A stretch of DNA of 64,000 nucleotides from Verrucomicrobiota bacterium (GCA_049840435.1 JASGKY010000038.1:25333-89332); one strand, 5' to 3'. Counted from the stretch's first letter, positions 49,341 to 61,603 are shown. Notes: generated by a model not told the origin, from the letters alone. Program-made: numbers and translations.

Positions 49341-51407
49341 ATGAAGCAAACCAGTTTGAGCCGACAATTATTGCCGTTTGTAGTCGCACTGCTTGGCAGC
49401 AGCATCATGGCCCATTCCGCCGAAACTGCCGCTCCAGTCACATTGCGCGAGACTGACCGCACCTTCTTTCTCGACAACGGCATCCTCAACGTCCGCATCG
49501 AGAAGGACACGGGCGAGATTTTCTCGATCAAGTATCAAGGCCAGGAACTTCTCGCCCAAGATAGCAGCGGCGGCGCGCTCGGGGGCTATTGGTCCAGTGT
49601 CGGGCGGGCGCGCGGCGGCAGCCAGCAAACTGCCGTTGTCCGCATTGACCCCAAGGATAACAACGGCGAGCGCGTGGAAGTTTCCTGCAATTTCCACAAC
49701 GCTCCCGGCACGACCAATTCTCCGCTCGATGTCGACGTGCGCTATTCGCTGGGGCGTGGCGAGAGTTGGGTTTACACGTATCTCATCTGGTCGCACAAAC
49801 CCGATTATCCTGCCTTCGGCGTCGGCGAAGCGCGCTATGCTGTAAAGCTAAATCCCACCGTGTTCGACTACATGACGATTGATAAAGATCGTCGCCGCCA
49901 GATGCCCACCGGCGCGGATTGGGATGCAGGTGCGCCACTGAATCTCAAGGAAGCGCGGCGCATGACCACCGGCATTCACAAAGGCCATGCCGAACATAAA
50001 TATGATTACTCCGCACTTATCTACGATATTCCCGCCTACGGCTGGTCGAGCACGAAGCACAACCTCGGTTTCTGGTTCATCAACCCAAGCTTCGAATACA
50101 TGGCCGGCGGCCCGACCAAAGCCGAACTCACCGGGCACCTCGACGTGAACCCTGGCGGCACGCCCACGCTCTTGAACATGTGGCTCGGCAGTCATTACGG
50201 TGGCAGTTCGCTGGCGGTCGGTGAAAATGAGAACTGGACGAAAGTCATCGGGCCGTTTGCAATTTACTGCAACACCGGGGTAACGCACGAAGCCATGTGG
50301 CGCGATGCCCTCGACCGCGCCCGCACTGAAGCCGGCACGTGGCCGTATAGCTGGGTTTCCGATCCAAACTATCCGCGGGAATCTCAACGCAGCACCGTCA
50401 GCGGTCAGATCGTTGTGCGCGACCCGATCGATCCCGCACTCAAAGTCAGCAACCTCTGGGTCGGCCTTACGGCGCCGGATTATATTCCGCCCCGGGTCGG
50501 AGGCCTCGCTCGACGCACCAACGCCCCCGCTGGCGGCTTCACCAATTTTTCCGCCGCCGGAACAAACAATTTTCGCGGCGGCTTCCCACCCGAAGTGGAT
50601 TGGCAACGCGACGCAAAGCATTACCAGTTCTGGATCAACGCCAGCACCAATGGCAAGTTCACCATCCCCAACGTGCGCCCAGGCAACTACACCCTGCACG
50701 CCATCGCCGACGGAGTCATCGGAGAATTCGCCGCCAACAACATCACCATCGGCGAGGGCGAGAGCAAATCTCTTGGCACACTCACCTGGCAACCGCAACG
50801 TTATGGTCGCACACTCTGGCAGATCGGCGTGCCCGACCGCACCGCGCGCGAGTTCCGCCATGGCGATCATTACTGGCAATGGGGACTCTACTTCAATTAC
50901 ACGAAGGAATTTCCCAACGACGTGAATTACATCGTCGGCCGCAGCGACTGGAGCAAGGATTGGAACTACGTCCAACCCCCGCGCATCCTGTCACAGAATC
51001 TCAGCATGGTCGGAGAAGACGATGATGCCGCCGAACAGATGGCGCAATTCGTCCGCAGCGCCGGCCGCGAAGTGCAGTCGAGCACGTGGTCCATCAAGTT
51101 CGGCCTCTCTCAAAATCCACGGGGCAAGGCCACCCTCCGCCTCGCCTTCTGCGGCACACACGCCAATTGCAACGTCGAGGTGTTTGTGAACGACAAATCC
51201 ATCGGCGATACCGGCACACTCCCCTCCACCAGCGCCATGCAGCGCGATGGCATCCGGGCGTTCTGGATTGAAAAGCCGTTGAGCTTCGACGCGGCGCTGC
51301 TTAAGGGCGGCGTCAACGTCATCAAACTCAAATCCCACGCGAATACCTGGTCGCAGGGCGTGATGTATGATGTCGTGCGCCTGGAACTCAACGAACCCAC
51401 CCCATGA
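49341..51407 (+). CDS. Rhamnogalacturonan endolyase (polysaccharide lyase family 4-like), secreted
   Basis: Signal peptide MKQTSLSRQLLPFVVALLGSSIMAHSA. N-terminal LDNGILNVRIEKDTGEIFSIKYQGQELL, then GGYWS, LNMWLGSHYGG, and C-terminal LWQIGVPDRTAREF and NVIKL...VMYDVVRLE, reminiscent of PL4 three-domain lyases. Family assigned by eye. Confidence 0.72.
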   Translation: MKQTSLSRQLLPFVVALLGSSIMAHSAETAAPVTLRETDRTFFLDNGILNVRIEKDTGEIFSIKYQGQELLAQDSSGGALGGYWSSVGRARGGSQQTAVVRIDPKDNNGERVEVSCNFHNAPGTTNSPLDVDVRYSLGRGESWVYTYLIWSHKPDYPAFGVGEARYAVKLNPTVFDYMTIDKDRRRQMPTGADWDAGAPLNLKEARRMTTGIHKGHAEHKYDYSALIYDIPAYGWSSTKHNLGFWFINPSFEYMAGGPTKAELTGHLDVNPGGTPTLLNMWLGSHYGGSSLAVGENENWTKVIGPFAIYCNTGVTHEAMWRDALDRARTEAGTWPYSWVSDPNYPRESQRSTVSGQIVVRDPIDPALKVSNLWVGLTAPDYIPPRVGGLARRTNAPAGGFTNFSAAGTNNFRGGFPPEVDWQRDAKHYQFWINASTNGKFTIPNVRPGNYTLHAIADGVIGEFAANNITIGEGESKSLGTLTWQPQRYGRTLWQIGVPDRTAREFRHGDHYWQWGLYFNYTKEFPNDVNYIVGRSDWSKDWNYVQPPRILSQNLSMVGEDDDAAEQMAQFVRSAGREVQSSTWSIKFGLSQNPRGKATLRLAFCGTHANCNVEVFVNDKSIGDTGTLPSTSAMQRDGIRAFWIEKPLSFDAALLKGGVNVIKLKSHANTWSQGVMYDVVRLELNEPTP

Positions 51408-54400
51408 ACCGGCTGTGGGTCTTAGTGCTCGTTCTGCTCGGTGTCGGAATCACGCCCGCGCGCAGCGCTGAATTTGTCCCGCCGCCGGAACAGGAACGCA
51501 ATCAGACCGGTGTCTTTCTTGAAAGCAACATTGATCGTTCGTTGCGCCATTTCCCCGAGGGTCGCGATTTTGTCATCACCAACGGCAGCGAGTTTTTCAA
51601 TCGCCCGCTTTACAGTGCCAACACCGCTTTCCGCGTGGACGCCGGCGACGAACCTGAGTTTTGCCTCTATCTGCCCGGGCGCGGCGGCAACCTGCGCTTC
51701 GGCATCCAGACTGCCGCTGGCACGAAATGGCTGCACGAGATGCAGACTGTCGTCGCGCGCTACCGCCCCGGCGCGATGCTTTATGAGATCCGCGACCCCG
51801 CCATCATCGGTCCGCGGGAAATCAAAATCACCATCCTGCCGTTGAAGCGCGCCAAAGGATTGATCGCCCGCGTCGAGATGAACAGCGCGTGGCTGGCGCA
51901 GAGCGAACTCGTCTGGGCGTTCGGCGGAGCCAATGGCATGCGCGGACGCCGCAACGGCGACATCGGTTGCGAACGCGAACCCGTCAGCCAGTTCTTTCAA
52001 CTCCGCCCCGAGCAATGTCGCGACGATAAATTCACGCTCACGACGAACGGCTTCACGCTTCAAGGCAAGTCTGCCGTCATCACGGGCGTCAGTTCTGCTG
52101 TGACGATGCAACGGCTCGCCAACGCGAACTACTGGACCAATCTCACTACGTTGCTTGCCGATACAAATGATACCGTCGCCCTACCCCTCCTGGTTGGCTC
52201 GGCCCGGCTCGGGCACAACGAACCGGTCTTCCTCGCGCTGCAACAGGTAGAGACCAACTCACCGCCCATCACCTCAGCAAAACTGCCAGCCTTGTTCGCG
52301 CAAGCGGAGGAAGATCGCCGCGCCGTGGCTGACCGCGTCATCGTGGAAACCCCCGATTCCTTCATCAATGCTGCTGCCGCAGCGCTGAATGTCGCTGCGG
52401 ATGCCGTCTGGGACGCGAAACAAACTTCCTTCATGCATGGCGCAGTCGCTTGGCGCAATCGCCTGCTCGGCTGGCGCGGGCCGTATTCTGGTGACGCCCT
52501 CGGCTGGCACGTGCGTACCCGGCAGCATCTCGCCGGATTCGCCGCTCAGCAAAACCTTAAACCGATTCCCGAAACCACTCCGCCCGCCGACGAAGACACA
52601 AATCTCTCCCGGAACGAAAAGGCACTGCATAGCAATGGCAACCTTACCAGCAATCACTACGACATGAACCTCGTCGCCGTGGATGCCTTCTTTCGCCACC
52701 TGCTCTGGACAGGCGATCTGGATTTCGCGCGGGAGATGTGGCCGATGCTGGAACGGCACTTCGCCTGGGAACGGCGTCTGTTCCGTCGCGAGTTCGGCCC
52801 GGACAAACTGCCGCTCTACGAAGCTTACGCTGCCATCTGGGCCAGCGACGACCTCGGCTACAATGGCGGCGGCACAACGCATGGCTCCGCCTATAATTTC
52901 TATCACAACAAGATGGCCGCGCGCGTCGCTGTGTTGATCGGGAAAGATCCGAAGCCCTACGAGCAAGAAGCCGAGTTGATCGCCAGAGCCATGCGACGCG
53001 AACTGTGGTTGCCAAAGGAAGGCTGGTTCGCTGAATACAAGGATTACCTCGGCCTGCAACGCGTTCATCCCAGCGCCGCGTTGTGGACCTATTATCACAC
53101 AATCGATTCCGAAGTCCCCACGCCCGGCGAAGCCTGGCGCATGACCGGCGGGCTCGACTCGCAATTCACCCGCATCCCCATGCGCGGCGCCAGCGTGCCG
53201 TCCGGCAACTTCACCCTGCCCACTTCCTGCTGGATGCCGTACGCCTGGTCCATCAACAACGTTGTCATGGCCGAAGCCATGCACACCGCGCTCGCCTACT
53301 GGCAGGCGAACCGACCCGATGGCGCGTTCCCGCTCTTCAAAGGCGCGGCGCTCGACAGCATGTTCCTCGGCCTTTGCCCTGGCAACGTCGGCATGTGTAC
53401 TTACTTCGACACCTATCGCCGCGAGTCGCAGCGTGATTTCGCCGATGGCATCGGCGCGACCTCCCGCGCGCTCATCGAAGGATTGTTTGGAATGAAACCT
53501 GACGCTCTCGCGGGAGAACTCACGATCCGCCCCGGCTTCCCGGCGGAATGGGAGCACGCCAGCATTGAGCATCCCGACCTGAACTTCTCCTTCCGCCGCG
53601 ATGGCCAGAATGAAGTTTTTATCGTGGAACAAAAATTCAGCAAGCCAATGACTCTGCGCCTCCAACCCGCCGCCAGTCACGAAACCTTCGCCGGGGCGAC
53701 CGCTGACGGCGAACCAATCTCGTGGCGATTGGATGCCAGCAGCGCCGGACAGCCTCGCGTTGAAATCAAATTGCCTGCTGCAGTCAAACACGAAATCGTC
53801 ATCACCTGGAGCGGCCACCGACGGACACAGCCGCAGCAATCGGTCGCGGTGAACGAACGCAAGTTCGCCAACGCCAAGGCGACTTCATTTGATTGGAATA
53901 AAAAGATTTCCCCCACGAAGCTAGAAACCATTGACCTAAGCACCCACTTCAACGCCCGCGTCTCGCAGATCTTCAGCAACGAGTATCGCGTCCCGCGCTC
54001 GCCGTTCGCCTCGCTCGCTACGCCCAAACAAGGTATCGGCAGTTGGTGTCATCCGTTCGACCACTTCGCGGTGGATGACTCCGGCCTGCGTGCCGCGGCT
54101 GCCACCAATCGTGGCAATTTTCCGCTGCCCAACGGCGTCTCCTTCGCCACGCCCACAGAAACTGCTGCACCCAACATCCTCTTCACCTCGCAATGGACGA
54201 ATTATCCGACTGAAGCCACCGTACCGCTGGTCGGCAAAGCCAGACACGCCTATCTCCTCATGGCCGGCTCGACCAGTCACATGCAAAGTCGCTTTGACAA
54301 CGGCGAAGTAATCGTGAGCTACACCGACGGCTCGACCGAACGCCTCGCGCTGCACAATCCGACGACGTGGTGGCCGATTGACCAGGATTACTTCATCGAC

Positions 54401-54637
54401 GACTTCGCGTTCCGTCGTCCCGAAGCGATTCCGCCCCGTGTGGATTTGAAAACCGGACGCGTGCGAATTCTCGACGCTGAAACCTTCAAAGGTCGCGGCG
54501 AAAAGATCCCGGGCGGCGCGGCCACCGTGTTGAATTTGCAGTTGAATCCGGCGAAGGAATTGAAATCCCTGACCACCCGCGCCCTCGCCAATGAAGTCGT
54601 CATCGGCCTGATGAGCGTGACCCTCGAAAGAAACTGA
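51404..54637 (+). CDS. Large secreted putative glycoside hydrolase, family not assignable by eye
   Basis: 1077 aa with a signal peptide (MNRLWVLVLVLLGVGITPARSA). Its start overlaps the PL4 stop (ATGA). The central region is rich in W/Y/H/D motifs typical of helical-barrel glycosidases, with beta-rich N- and C-terminal regions. It sits inside the pectin cluster. Confidence 0.5.
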   Translation: MNRLWVLVLVLLGVGITPARSAEFVPPPEQERNQTGVFLESNIDRSLRHFPEGRDFVITNGSEFFNRPLYSANTAFRVDAGDEPEFCLYLPGRGGNLRFGIQTAAGTKWLHEMQTVVARYRPGAMLYEIRDPAIIGPREIKITILPLKRAKGLIARVEMNSAWLAQSELVWAFGGANGMRGRRNGDIGCEREPVSQFFQLRPEQCRDDKFTLTTNGFTLQGKSAVITGVSSAVTMQRLANANYWTNLTTLLADTNDTVALPLLVGSARLGHNEPVFLALQQVETNSPPITSAKLPALFAQAEEDRRAVADRVIVETPDSFINAAAAALNVAADAVWDAKQTSFMHGAVAWRNRLLGWRGPYSGDALGWHVRTRQHLAGFAAQQNLKPIPETTPPADEDTNLSRNEKALHSNGNLTSNHYDMNLVAVDAFFRHLLWTGDLDFAREMWPMLERHFAWERRLFRREFGPDKLPLYEAYAAIWASDDLGYNGGGTTHGSAYNFYHNKMAARVAVLIGKDPKPYEQEAELIARAMRRELWLPKEGWFAEYKDYLGLQRVHPSAALWTYYHTIDSEVPTPGEAWRMTGGLDSQFTRIPMRGASVPSGNFTLPTSCWMPYAWSINNVVMAEAMHTALAYWQANRPDGAFPLFKGAALDSMFLGLCPGNVGMCTYFDTYRRESQRDFADGIGATSRALIEGLFGMKPDALAGELTIRPGFPAEWEHASIEHPDLNFSFRRDGQNEVFIVEQKFSKPMTLRLQPAASHETFAGATADGEPISWRLDASSAGQPRVEIKLPAAVKHEIVITWSGHRRTQPQQSVAVNERKFANAKATSFDWNKKISPTKLETIDLSTHFNARVSQIFSNEYRVPRSPFASLATPKQGIGSWCHPFDHFAVDDSGLRAAAATNRGNFPLPNGVSFATPTETAAPNILFTSQWTNYPTEATVPLVGKARHAYLLMAGSTSHMQSRFDNGEVIVSYTDGSTERLALHNPTTWWPIDQDYFIDDFAFRRPEAIPPRVDLKTGRVRILDAETFKGRGEKIPGGAATVLNLQLNPAKELKSLTTRALANEVVIGLMSVTLERN

Positions 54638-56836
54638 TCAAGGCAAAGGGTGCAGGCCTTCAGCGCGAACCTGCCACTTCCCATCCTTCGGAAAACCGGG
54701 CGCGTGGTTCGTATTGCCATCCCAACCTGCCGCCATCATCGCCACGGCGGAGAGGAAGGCGCCGTTCGCTGGCAGATAAACGGCAATCTCCCGCTTCCGC
54801 GCGCCGGGCTTGGGATTCTTCGCCATCGCCTCGTCGCTGCGCTGCGGGCAATGGCCGTTCGGCAGATACTTGTTGTTCGGCCCTTCGCGCAGAAGAATTT
54901 CTACCGCCGTCTCCGGACGACCCAGTCGCGCCGCCGTCATCGCGATCATCGGATAATCCCAGCCCCAGATTTTTGTTTCCCAATCCCACGTGGTCAGCAC
55001 GGCGTCGAGGGTGCGCTCCATCGTCGGGCGCTCCACGCCCGTGCCCGGCAGAATGCCCAGCGGCGCGAGCATCGTTGGATGATCGTGACGGCTATCAATG
55101 TTGTCCCATGTGTCCGGGTTCGAGCCGAGTGCGACATACTTGCCATCCTTCTGCGGCACGGGCGCGAGATGCTGGATGACATGATCCCATTTCGCATCCC
55201 GTGGTTTGCCGAGCCGCTCGCGCCACTTCTGTGCCGTCTCCAAAGCCCATTGCCAATACGCCAATTCAAACGACGGATTCTGACTCGTTCCCTGATCGTA
55301 AATCTCCTGCGCGATCCACAGCGGCGGCCCCAGCACATAAATCTTCTTCGCCTCGTCAAAGTGAACCATCGAAGCCAGGCACTCGGCGGTTTCCGAAACC
55401 AGCGTCCGGTAGCGTTCCAAAGTCTCCGGCGTCGGATGATTGCGATAGAGCAGCTCGCACAGATGGATCAGGTGCGGTTGATTCCACACGATGAGCGGAT
55501 TGCCCCCGGGACTTTCGCGCATCACCGGCCCGATCATCTTCGCCCAACGCGCGCCACGCAACCCCCGGCTCTTCGCCAGTTCTTGCGCGATCGGAAGCTG
55601 CTTTTCATACCACTCCAGATTTTTAGCGAGCAACTCGTCGTTGCCCCACAACGCGAAGTGCGCCGTGTGCCACCAGATCATCTCGGTGTGATGCTTGCCA
55701 TACCACGTCGCGCACGTCAGCCCCGTTTCCTGCGGCGGCACCTCGCCCGCCATCTGTGCCGCCATGAGGTAACGTGACAAAATCACCCGCTCCTCGATGC
55801 GTTTCGCGCGCGGGTCGGTGCTGCCGGAAAAATCTACCGCCGCACCTTCGCGCCAGAATTTCGCCCACTGCTTCGCGCTGGCTTTCAAGGTCAAATCCAC
55901 CGATGGCCACATCGAAGGCAGCCCCGGCCCGGGATAAAAGCTGACCGTGAACTCCAGCGCGTTCCCAAAAGTTTGTGCCAGCCGGAACTGGTGCGGTGCG
56001 ACATTCGTGAATTGCACACCCGGATTCCGATCCACGATGACTTCATAATGCGTCTCCAAAACGCTGCGTCGCAACCACGCCCATCCAGGCCCCGATCCAA
56101 TCACCCTGGTTTCGTGCGTTTCTGGTTTTGACCAATCCAACCCAGGCGTGTTTTTGACCGCCGTGTCGTATCCGCGCGGAAATGCCAACTTTGCGCCAAG
56201 CTTCCCGCTCGCGATGAGTTCTGATTCGATCCGCACCGCGATCAAGTCATGCTGCGGGTGACAAACCGTCGTCACCAGCACCGGCTTGCCCTCAATTTCA
56301 AACTTGCTCGTGATGACGCCCCGCCACAAATCCAGCGTCTGCTCGGGTTTCTTGATATCATCCGGCGCGATCGCGGAGCCATCCGCCTTCACGTAATCGA
56401 GGCTGATCTGCCCGAGCGGCTGGATGCGCGGATTCTTCCGCAACCAATCACCCGCCGGGGACGATGACTTTGTCGGATACGCCAGCACGCGACCATCGGC
56501 ATTGGTAAAATCCCGACGCGCATCCGCCAGCGTGTAGTTGTTGACGTTGGTATCGCTCACCCAACACCAACGCGACTCCGTTTCCACTGGCACACCCCAG
56601 CGATGATAATGCTCCGCGAACGTCTGCAATCCGGTGATATCCGCGCCGAACGCGAAACCGCCGTTGCCCACCGTGAGCGGCGCATCCACGTCGAGCTTGC
56701 GGATGACGGGGTTGTGGCGGCTGACAAGGGCCTGACGGTCAATCGGGTGAACCTGCTCGGCAGCGGCAGCACTGAACCAACTACAAAGCTGCAAACCGAA
56801 AACAGCCGCCCATTTACTTGACCTTGAGATTTGCAT
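54638..56836 (-). CDS. Secreted putative glycoside hydrolase, family not assignable by eye
   Basis: ~732 aa from M13 ([26 protein letters not shown], signal peptide). The N-terminus reads [13 protein letters not shown]...[21 protein letters not shown], with later [19 protein letters not shown]. It is the last gene of the GH2-CE12-GH2-GH95 run. Confidence 0.5.
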   Translation of the reverse strand: MQISRSSKWAAVFGLQLCSWFSAAAAEQVHPIDRQALVSRHNPVIRKLDVDAPLTVGNGGFAFGADITGLQTFAEHYHRWGVPVETESRWCWVSDTNVNNYTLADARRDFTNADGRVLAYPTKSSSPAGDWLRKNPRIQPLGQISLDYVKADGSAIAPDDIKKPEQTLDLWRGVITSKFEIEGKPVLVTTVCHPQHDLIAVRIESELIASGKLGAKLAFPRGYDTAVKNTPGLDWSKPETHETRVIGSGPGWAWLRRSVLETHYEVIVDRNPGVQFTNVAPHQFRLAQTFGNALEFTVSFYPGPGLPSMWPSVDLTLKASAKQWAKFWREGAAVDFSGSTDPRAKRIEERVILSRYLMAAQMAGEVPPQETGLTCATWYGKHHTEMIWWHTAHFALWGNDELLAKNLEWYEKQLPIAQELAKSRGLRGARWAKMIGPVMRESPGGNPLIVWNQPHLIHLCELLYRNHPTPETLERYRTLVSETAECLASMVHFDEAKKIYVLGPPLWIAQEIYDQGTSQNPSFELAYWQWALETAQKWRERLGKPRDAKWDHVIQHLAPVPQKDGKYVALGSNPDTWDNIDSRHDHPTMLAPLGILPGTGVERPTMERTLDAVLTTWDWETKIWGWDYPMIAMTAARLGRPETAVEILLREGPNNKYLPNGHCPQRSDEAMAKNPKPGARKREIAVYLPANGAFLSAVAMMAAGWDGNTNHAPGFPKDGKWQVRAEGLHPLP

Positions 56837-59186
56837 TGATCGCGACGGTTTTGCGTTTTCCGAACTCGGCATCCACCGCCTTGTCGCCTAAGCGCACCCG
56901 GCAGACATTCGCGCCGTTCACGTTACGAATCGTGGCGGAAACCAGTTTTCCATTTTTCCAAGCCACATCCACCTCGTAACCGCCGCGAGCACGCAAGCCC
57001 TTAACCGAACCATCCGGCCACGTCGTCGGCAATGCGGGGAGCAATTCAATCTCGCCTGTGTGACTTTGCACCAGCATTTCGCAGACACCCGCCACGCCGC
57101 CAAAGTTGCCATCAATCTGGAACGGTGGATGTGTATCGAACAAGTTTGGCAGAGTGGACTTCGCCAACAACGCCTGAATATTCTCGCCTGCCGCCACGCC
57201 ATCGCCCAGCCGCGCCCAGAAGCAAATCATCCACGCCCGACTCCAGCCGGTATGCCCGCCGCCACTGGCCAGACGCTTCTCCAACGTTTTGCGCGCCCCA
57301 GCCGCAAGGTCCGGCGTCAGCATCCGCGAAATCTGCCGCCCCGGATGCAGTGCGAACAGATGTGACACATGCCGATGCCCGGGCTCGGGCTCTTCAAATT
57401 CCTCATTCCATTCCATCAACCGCCCATCGCCACCGATGCGCGGTCCAGCCAAGCGTGGCAAGGCTTTCTCGATGTCAAAGACAGTTGGTTCGTTTAAGCC
57501 AAGCGTTCGAGTTGCCTCTAGATAGTTATTAAAACAATCCCAGATAATTTCCTGTTCCATGGTCGGCCCCATGCATAACGCTGCAGTTTGCCCATCCGCC
57601 GTCTTAAACTTGTTTTCCGGCGACGTCGCTGGCCCAGCAACGAGTTTGCCGGTCTTGGGATCTTCCACAAGCCAGTCCAAGCTGAACTCCGCCGACGCAC
57701 GCAGAATCGGCAACACACGTTGGAGATAATTGGTGTCCCGCGAGAACGCGAAGTGTTCCCACAAATGCTGCGACAACCACGCCCCCGCCGAGGGCGACAA
57801 TCCCCACGACGGCGATTCCCCCGGCGCCGTGAAGCCCCATGCATTCGCCAGCGTGTGGACCGTCCAACCCCGCGCGTTGTAATGCACCTTCGCCGTCTTC
57901 GCGCCCAGCCCGGTGAGGAATTTAATGTAGCGATCCAGCGGCTCGAAGCACTCGACGAGATTTGCGGTCTCCACCGGCCAGTAGATCATCTGGAGATTGA
58001 TGTTCGCATGATAATCCGCGCTCCACGGCGGCTGCACTGTGTCCGCCCACAAGCCTTGCAGGTTCGCCGGCATATCCCCCAGGCGCGAACTGGAAATCAT
58101 GAGGTAACGGCCGAACTGGAAATACAGCTCGATCAAGCCCGGGTCGAACGCGCCTTCCTTCACCGCCGCTAACCGGGCATCCGTCGGCAGATCCTCCGCA
58201 TCCTCCTCTCCCGGCAGCTTAAAACTTACGCGCTTGAAGAGCTTTTGATAATCCGTCACATGCGCATCCCGCACCCGGCGATACGGCTTCATCATGGCGG
58301 CGTTCAATTGCTCGGCGGTCATTTTGTCGGGATCACCAGCACGCCAGTCTGGTAATTGCATCCGGTAATCAGTAGCCGCCGTAAGCAGCAGCGTCACTGC
58401 CGTTGCATTCTCGACGCTCAAGGCATTGCCCGCCGCCCGGACCTTGCCCGGCTCCGTCAACACGGCTACGCGTGCCGCAAATTTCATCCCGGCATTCGTG
58501 ACGCCATCCCACAACTGCCCCCGCATCCACAATTGTTCGTTGCCCCAGGTCTGGACCGTCGCCGCCTCAGACCGCGACAACGCCACGCGCAGATTCAGCG
58601 CCCCGCGCTTGCTTGCCTTTAAACGCACCACTAGCACCTGGTCCGGTGCGCTGGAAAACATTTCCCGCTCGAACTTCACGCCGCCCACTTCATAGCTCAC
58701 CGTGGCAGTGGCCGTGTTCAAATCGAGCGCCCGGCGATAATTCACCGGCGCATTCGTGCCGTGCTCAAACAGCAGCTTCAAATCCCCAAGCATTTCATAG
58801 CTGCCGTAAGGAATCTTGCCACCGCGCCCCTGCCCCGAACCACGGCCACGGCAAATCAACGTCCGATTTGCGAGCTTTTGCGCCTCCGCGTATTTGCCTT
58901 CGAACAAGAGTTGCCGGATCTGCGGCAATGCCTCCAACGCGGCGGGATTATCCGCGTCCTCCGGCGCGCCCGACCACAAAGAATCCTCATTGAGCTGAAT
59001 CCGTTCCGAGTTCACTCCCCCGAAGATCATCGCCCCCAACCGCCCGTTGCCGATGGGTGTGGCTTCATTCCAATTCTTGGCTGACTGTTGATGCCAGATG
59101 ACCAGCTCGTCGCCCGCGTAGGTGGTCCACACTGCCAGAAGCCACACTACGGCCAGGACCAACTGTTTCACCACAACCTTAGTCAT
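56814..59186 (-). CDS. Glycoside hydrolase family 95 (alpha-L-fucosidase / alpha-L-galactosidase type)
   Basis: GH95 N-terminal signature: [46 protein letters not shown]. The likely start [17 protein letters not shown] (ATG 59184-59186) is 2 nt after the GH2 stop. About 790 aa. Confidence 0.88.
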   Translation of the reverse strand: MTKVVVKQLVLAVVWLLAVWTTYAGDELVIWHQQSAKNWNEATPIGNGRLGAMIFGGVNSERIQLNEDSLWSGAPEDADNPAALEALPQIRQLLFEGKYAEAQKLANRTLICRGRGSGQGRGGKIPYGSYEMLGDLKLLFEHGTNAPVNYRRALDLNTATATVSYEVGGVKFEREMFSSAPDQVLVVRLKASKRGALNLRVALSRSEAATVQTWGNEQLWMRGQLWDGVTNAGMKFAARVAVLTEPGKVRAAGNALSVENATAVTLLLTAATDYRMQLPDWRAGDPDKMTAEQLNAAMMKPYRRVRDAHVTDYQKLFKRVSFKLPGEEDAEDLPTDARLAAVKEGAFDPGLIELYFQFGRYLMISSSRLGDMPANLQGLWADTVQPPWSADYHANINLQMIYWPVETANLVECFEPLDRYIKFLTGLGAKTAKVHYNARGWTVHTLANAWGFTAPGESPSWGLSPSAGAWLSQHLWEHFAFSRDTNYLQRVLPILRASAEFSLDWLVEDPKTGKLVAGPATSPENKFKTADGQTAALCMGPTMEQEIIWDCFNNYLEATRTLGLNEPTVFDIEKALPRLAGPRIGGDGRLMEWNEEFEEPEPGHRHVSHLFALHPGRQISRMLTPDLAAGARKTLEKRLASGGGHTGWSRAWMICFWARLGDGVAAGENIQALLAKSTLPNLFDTHPPFQIDGNFGGVAGVCEMLVQSHTGEIELLPALPTTWPDGSVKGLRARGGYEVDVAWKNGKLVSATIRNVNGANVCRVRLGDKAVDAEFGKRKTVAINANLKVK

Positions 59187-61599
59187 TTGCTTTTGTCTCG
59201 ATGGAAATTTTTGTTTCACCCAGGCCAGCCGCTGTCGCCATCACGATAATGTCTTCTCCTGCCCCTGTCGCCCTCACCGCTGCTTCGCAGCGCCCCTGAT
59301 ACGCGCGCCGCTGCTTCGCCTGAAACGGCTCGATGCTCGCGTTATCCGCGCTATCCACCACTGCGATCACCCCCGGCCCGTTGACTTGAAATGAAATCAC
59401 GTCATTCGCGCGCGGCAGCACGACGCCCTTCTCGTCCACCACAGTGGCCGTCACAAACGCGACCTCGTCCCAGACCGGACGGAGACTGGAGCGATGCGTA
59501 GTGAGCACAATCTTACTCGGCGGTCCCGCCGTGCGCAATTCATCGGAAGCAACCCCACTTCCAGTATTGCGCGCCACCGCTCGCAATGTTCCTGGCTCGT
59601 AGGCGACCTTCCACACTCGCGGCGATGCGTCCTTGTTGATGGGTTTCACCCCCAGCGATTTGCCATTCAGGAACAGTTCCACTTCGTCGCAATTGGAGAA
59701 CACCTCCACGTTCTCGTCATGCGGCTCAGACTTGCGCGGCGTCCAATCCGCGAACTGCACCTGGGTGTGTCGTTCTTCGCCTCCATAGCCAGGATCTTCC
59801 AGCAACACATCATCTGCCGCCACGCGCCGCGCCATGCGCACCATCGGCTTGGTGCTCCACCAACTCTGCCGCTCGAACGCCATCGGCTTGATGCCGGCGG
59901 TGCGATCCAGCAAACCCGAGGGATGACCGATGCGCGGCCACGTCTTGGTCTCTCCGAGATAATCCACGCCCGTCCAAAGAAACTGCCCCGAGTGCGATAG
60001 ATTATCGCGCAGCCACAGCCACGTCTGCCGGTCATGCCGTTGCTCCGTGCCGACGATTTTGCGTTCCGGCTTGTCGCGTTGCGCCGCGAGCAATTCGTTG
60101 TCGCGATAGTTTGTGCCCAACACATCCAGCAAGTCCGCGAGGCCATTGGTGTAATCACCGCTCACATTCGGACGGAACAGCGCCTGGGTCACCGGACGCG
60201 TCGGATCGTTCTCATGGCAGACTTCCACCAAACCGCGCGCAATCGGGATAGCGATCTTCGGCTTGGGCGTGTCATGAATCTCATTGCCGATGCTGTAAAG
60301 GATGACGCTCGGATGGTTGCGGTCGCGCCGGATGGTGTCCGCCGCATCGCGCTTCGACCATTCCTCAAAGTAGAGATGATAGTCCTGCGGATTCTTGCCT
60401 ACAGTCCAGCAATCGAAGAACTCGTCCATCACCAGAAAACCCATGCGATCGCACAAATCGAGAAACTCCGGTGCGACCGGATTGTGCGCCGTGCGGATGG
60501 CATTCACGCCCAGTTCGCGCAGGTTGGTCAACCGCCGCTCCCACACACTCAACGGCACCGCCGCTCCGAACGCACTGCCATCGTGGTGCAGGCAAACGCC
60601 TTTCAACTTTAGATTTTTTCCGTTCAACCAAAAGCCAGAGTCAGCCTTGAACTCGGCCTGGCGAATCCCAAACTTGATACGCTCCTCCCCGATACCCCGA
60701 TTGCCTGCTCGCAAAAGGACTCGGGCGCGGTAAAGCTCCGGTTGCCCCAAGGTCCAAAGTCGCGGCGTTCCAACAATTTTCACCTCCATGGCAACGTCTA
60801 TTGTTTTGCCCGCTGCCAAGGAAATCTTCGGCGATTTCCCGCTGCCAGCGTAAACGCCGTTCTGCGCTGACCAAGGAGGGCTTTGCATCTCCGCCTCTAC
60901 CTCAATCTCCTGAGAAATCGTTGCATCGTTTTTTACCCGAGCCATTACTCGAACCGTTGCCTCGTTGGTTCGCACATCCGGAGTAGTTATGAAGATGGCG
61001 TCTGGCTCAAAATGAACCAACTCGCTAAAACACATGTTTACGTGCCGATATATTCCTGCTCCCGAATACCACCGCGATGCCGGCTGCGCCGAAGCGTCGG
61101 TCCGCACCGCAATCACATTTGTCGCCGTGTCGCCAAATTTCACGTGCGGCGTCAGATCGTAGCCGAAGCTCACATAACCGTTCGGACGTTTGCCCAGCGA
61201 CACCCCATTGACCCACACCTCGCTGTTTTGCATCACACCGTCGAAGTTCACCCACACCCGCATGTCCTTAAAAAATGGATCGATGGTGAAATGCTTTCGA
61301 TACCATCCTACCCCATGCGCCGCCCAGGCGCCAGCGCCGCCGGTCTTGTTCGTTTTGGCAAAGGGTTCTTCAATGCTCCAATCGTGCGGCACCTCCACTT
61401 TGCGCCAACTCGAATCGTCGAAACCAATTTTTTCCGCGCCCGCTATATCCACCCTTGAAAAGCGCCAATCGCTATCGCAATTCCAAGCAAGAGGGCTGAC
61501 AGCCATTGCCACTTCCTGAATCCAACTGAAGCAGACAATTACTGCTGCCACAGAGATGGCCCGGAACAAGGTTGGGATGTTGGTATTCCACTCTATCAT
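59179..61599 (-). CDS. Glycoside hydrolase family 2 (beta-galactosidase-like)
   Basis: [55 protein letters not shown] (acid/base Glu) and a C-terminal Big_4-like domain. The start is M35 (61599) or M30 (61614). Confidence 0.9.
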   Translation of the reverse strand: MIEWNTNIPTLFRAISVAAVIVCFSWIQEVAMAVSPLAWNCDSDWRFSRVDIAGAEKIGFDDSSWRKVEVPHDWSIEEPFAKTNKTGGAGAWAAHGVGWYRKHFTIDPFFKDMRVWVNFDGVMQNSEVWVNGVSLGKRPNGYVSFGYDLTPHVKFGDTATNVIAVRTDASAQPASRWYSGAGIYRHVNMCFSELVHFEPDAIFITTPDVRTNEATVRVMARVKNDATISQEIEVEAEMQSPPWSAQNGVYAGSGKSPKISLAAGKTIDVAMEVKIVGTPRLWTLGQPELYRARVLLRAGNRGIGEERIKFGIRQAEFKADSGFWLNGKNLKLKGVCLHHDGSAFGAAVPLSVWERRLTNLRELGVNAIRTAHNPVAPEFLDLCDRMGFLVMDEFFDCWTVGKNPQDYHLYFEEWSKRDAADTIRRDRNHPSVILYSIGNEIHDTPKPKIAIPIARGLVEVCHENDPTRPVTQALFRPNVSGDYTNGLADLLDVLGTNYRDNELLAAQRDKPERKIVGTEQRHDRQTWLWLRDNLSHSGQFLWTGVDYLGETKTWPRIGHPSGLLDRTAGIKPMAFERQSWWSTKPMVRMARRVAADDVLLEDPGYGGEERHTQVQFADWTPRKSEPHDENVEVFSNCDEVELFLNGKSLGVKPINKDASPRVWKVAYEPGTLRAVARNTGSGVASDELRTAGPPSKIVLTTHRSSLRPVWDEVAFVTATVVDEKGVVLPRANDVISFQVNGPGVIAVVDSADNASIEPFQAKQRRAYQGRCEAAVRATGAGEDIIVMATAAGLGETKISIETKAND

Positions 61600-61603
61600 C
61601 GCA

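Noticed and set aside
49848-55777. Long ORFs antisense to the CAZyme genes (49848-50975, 52274-53839, 54650-55777)
   Set aside because: Same reasoning: low-complexity Arg/Gly/Ala-rich translations opposite genes with signal peptides and recognisable motifs.
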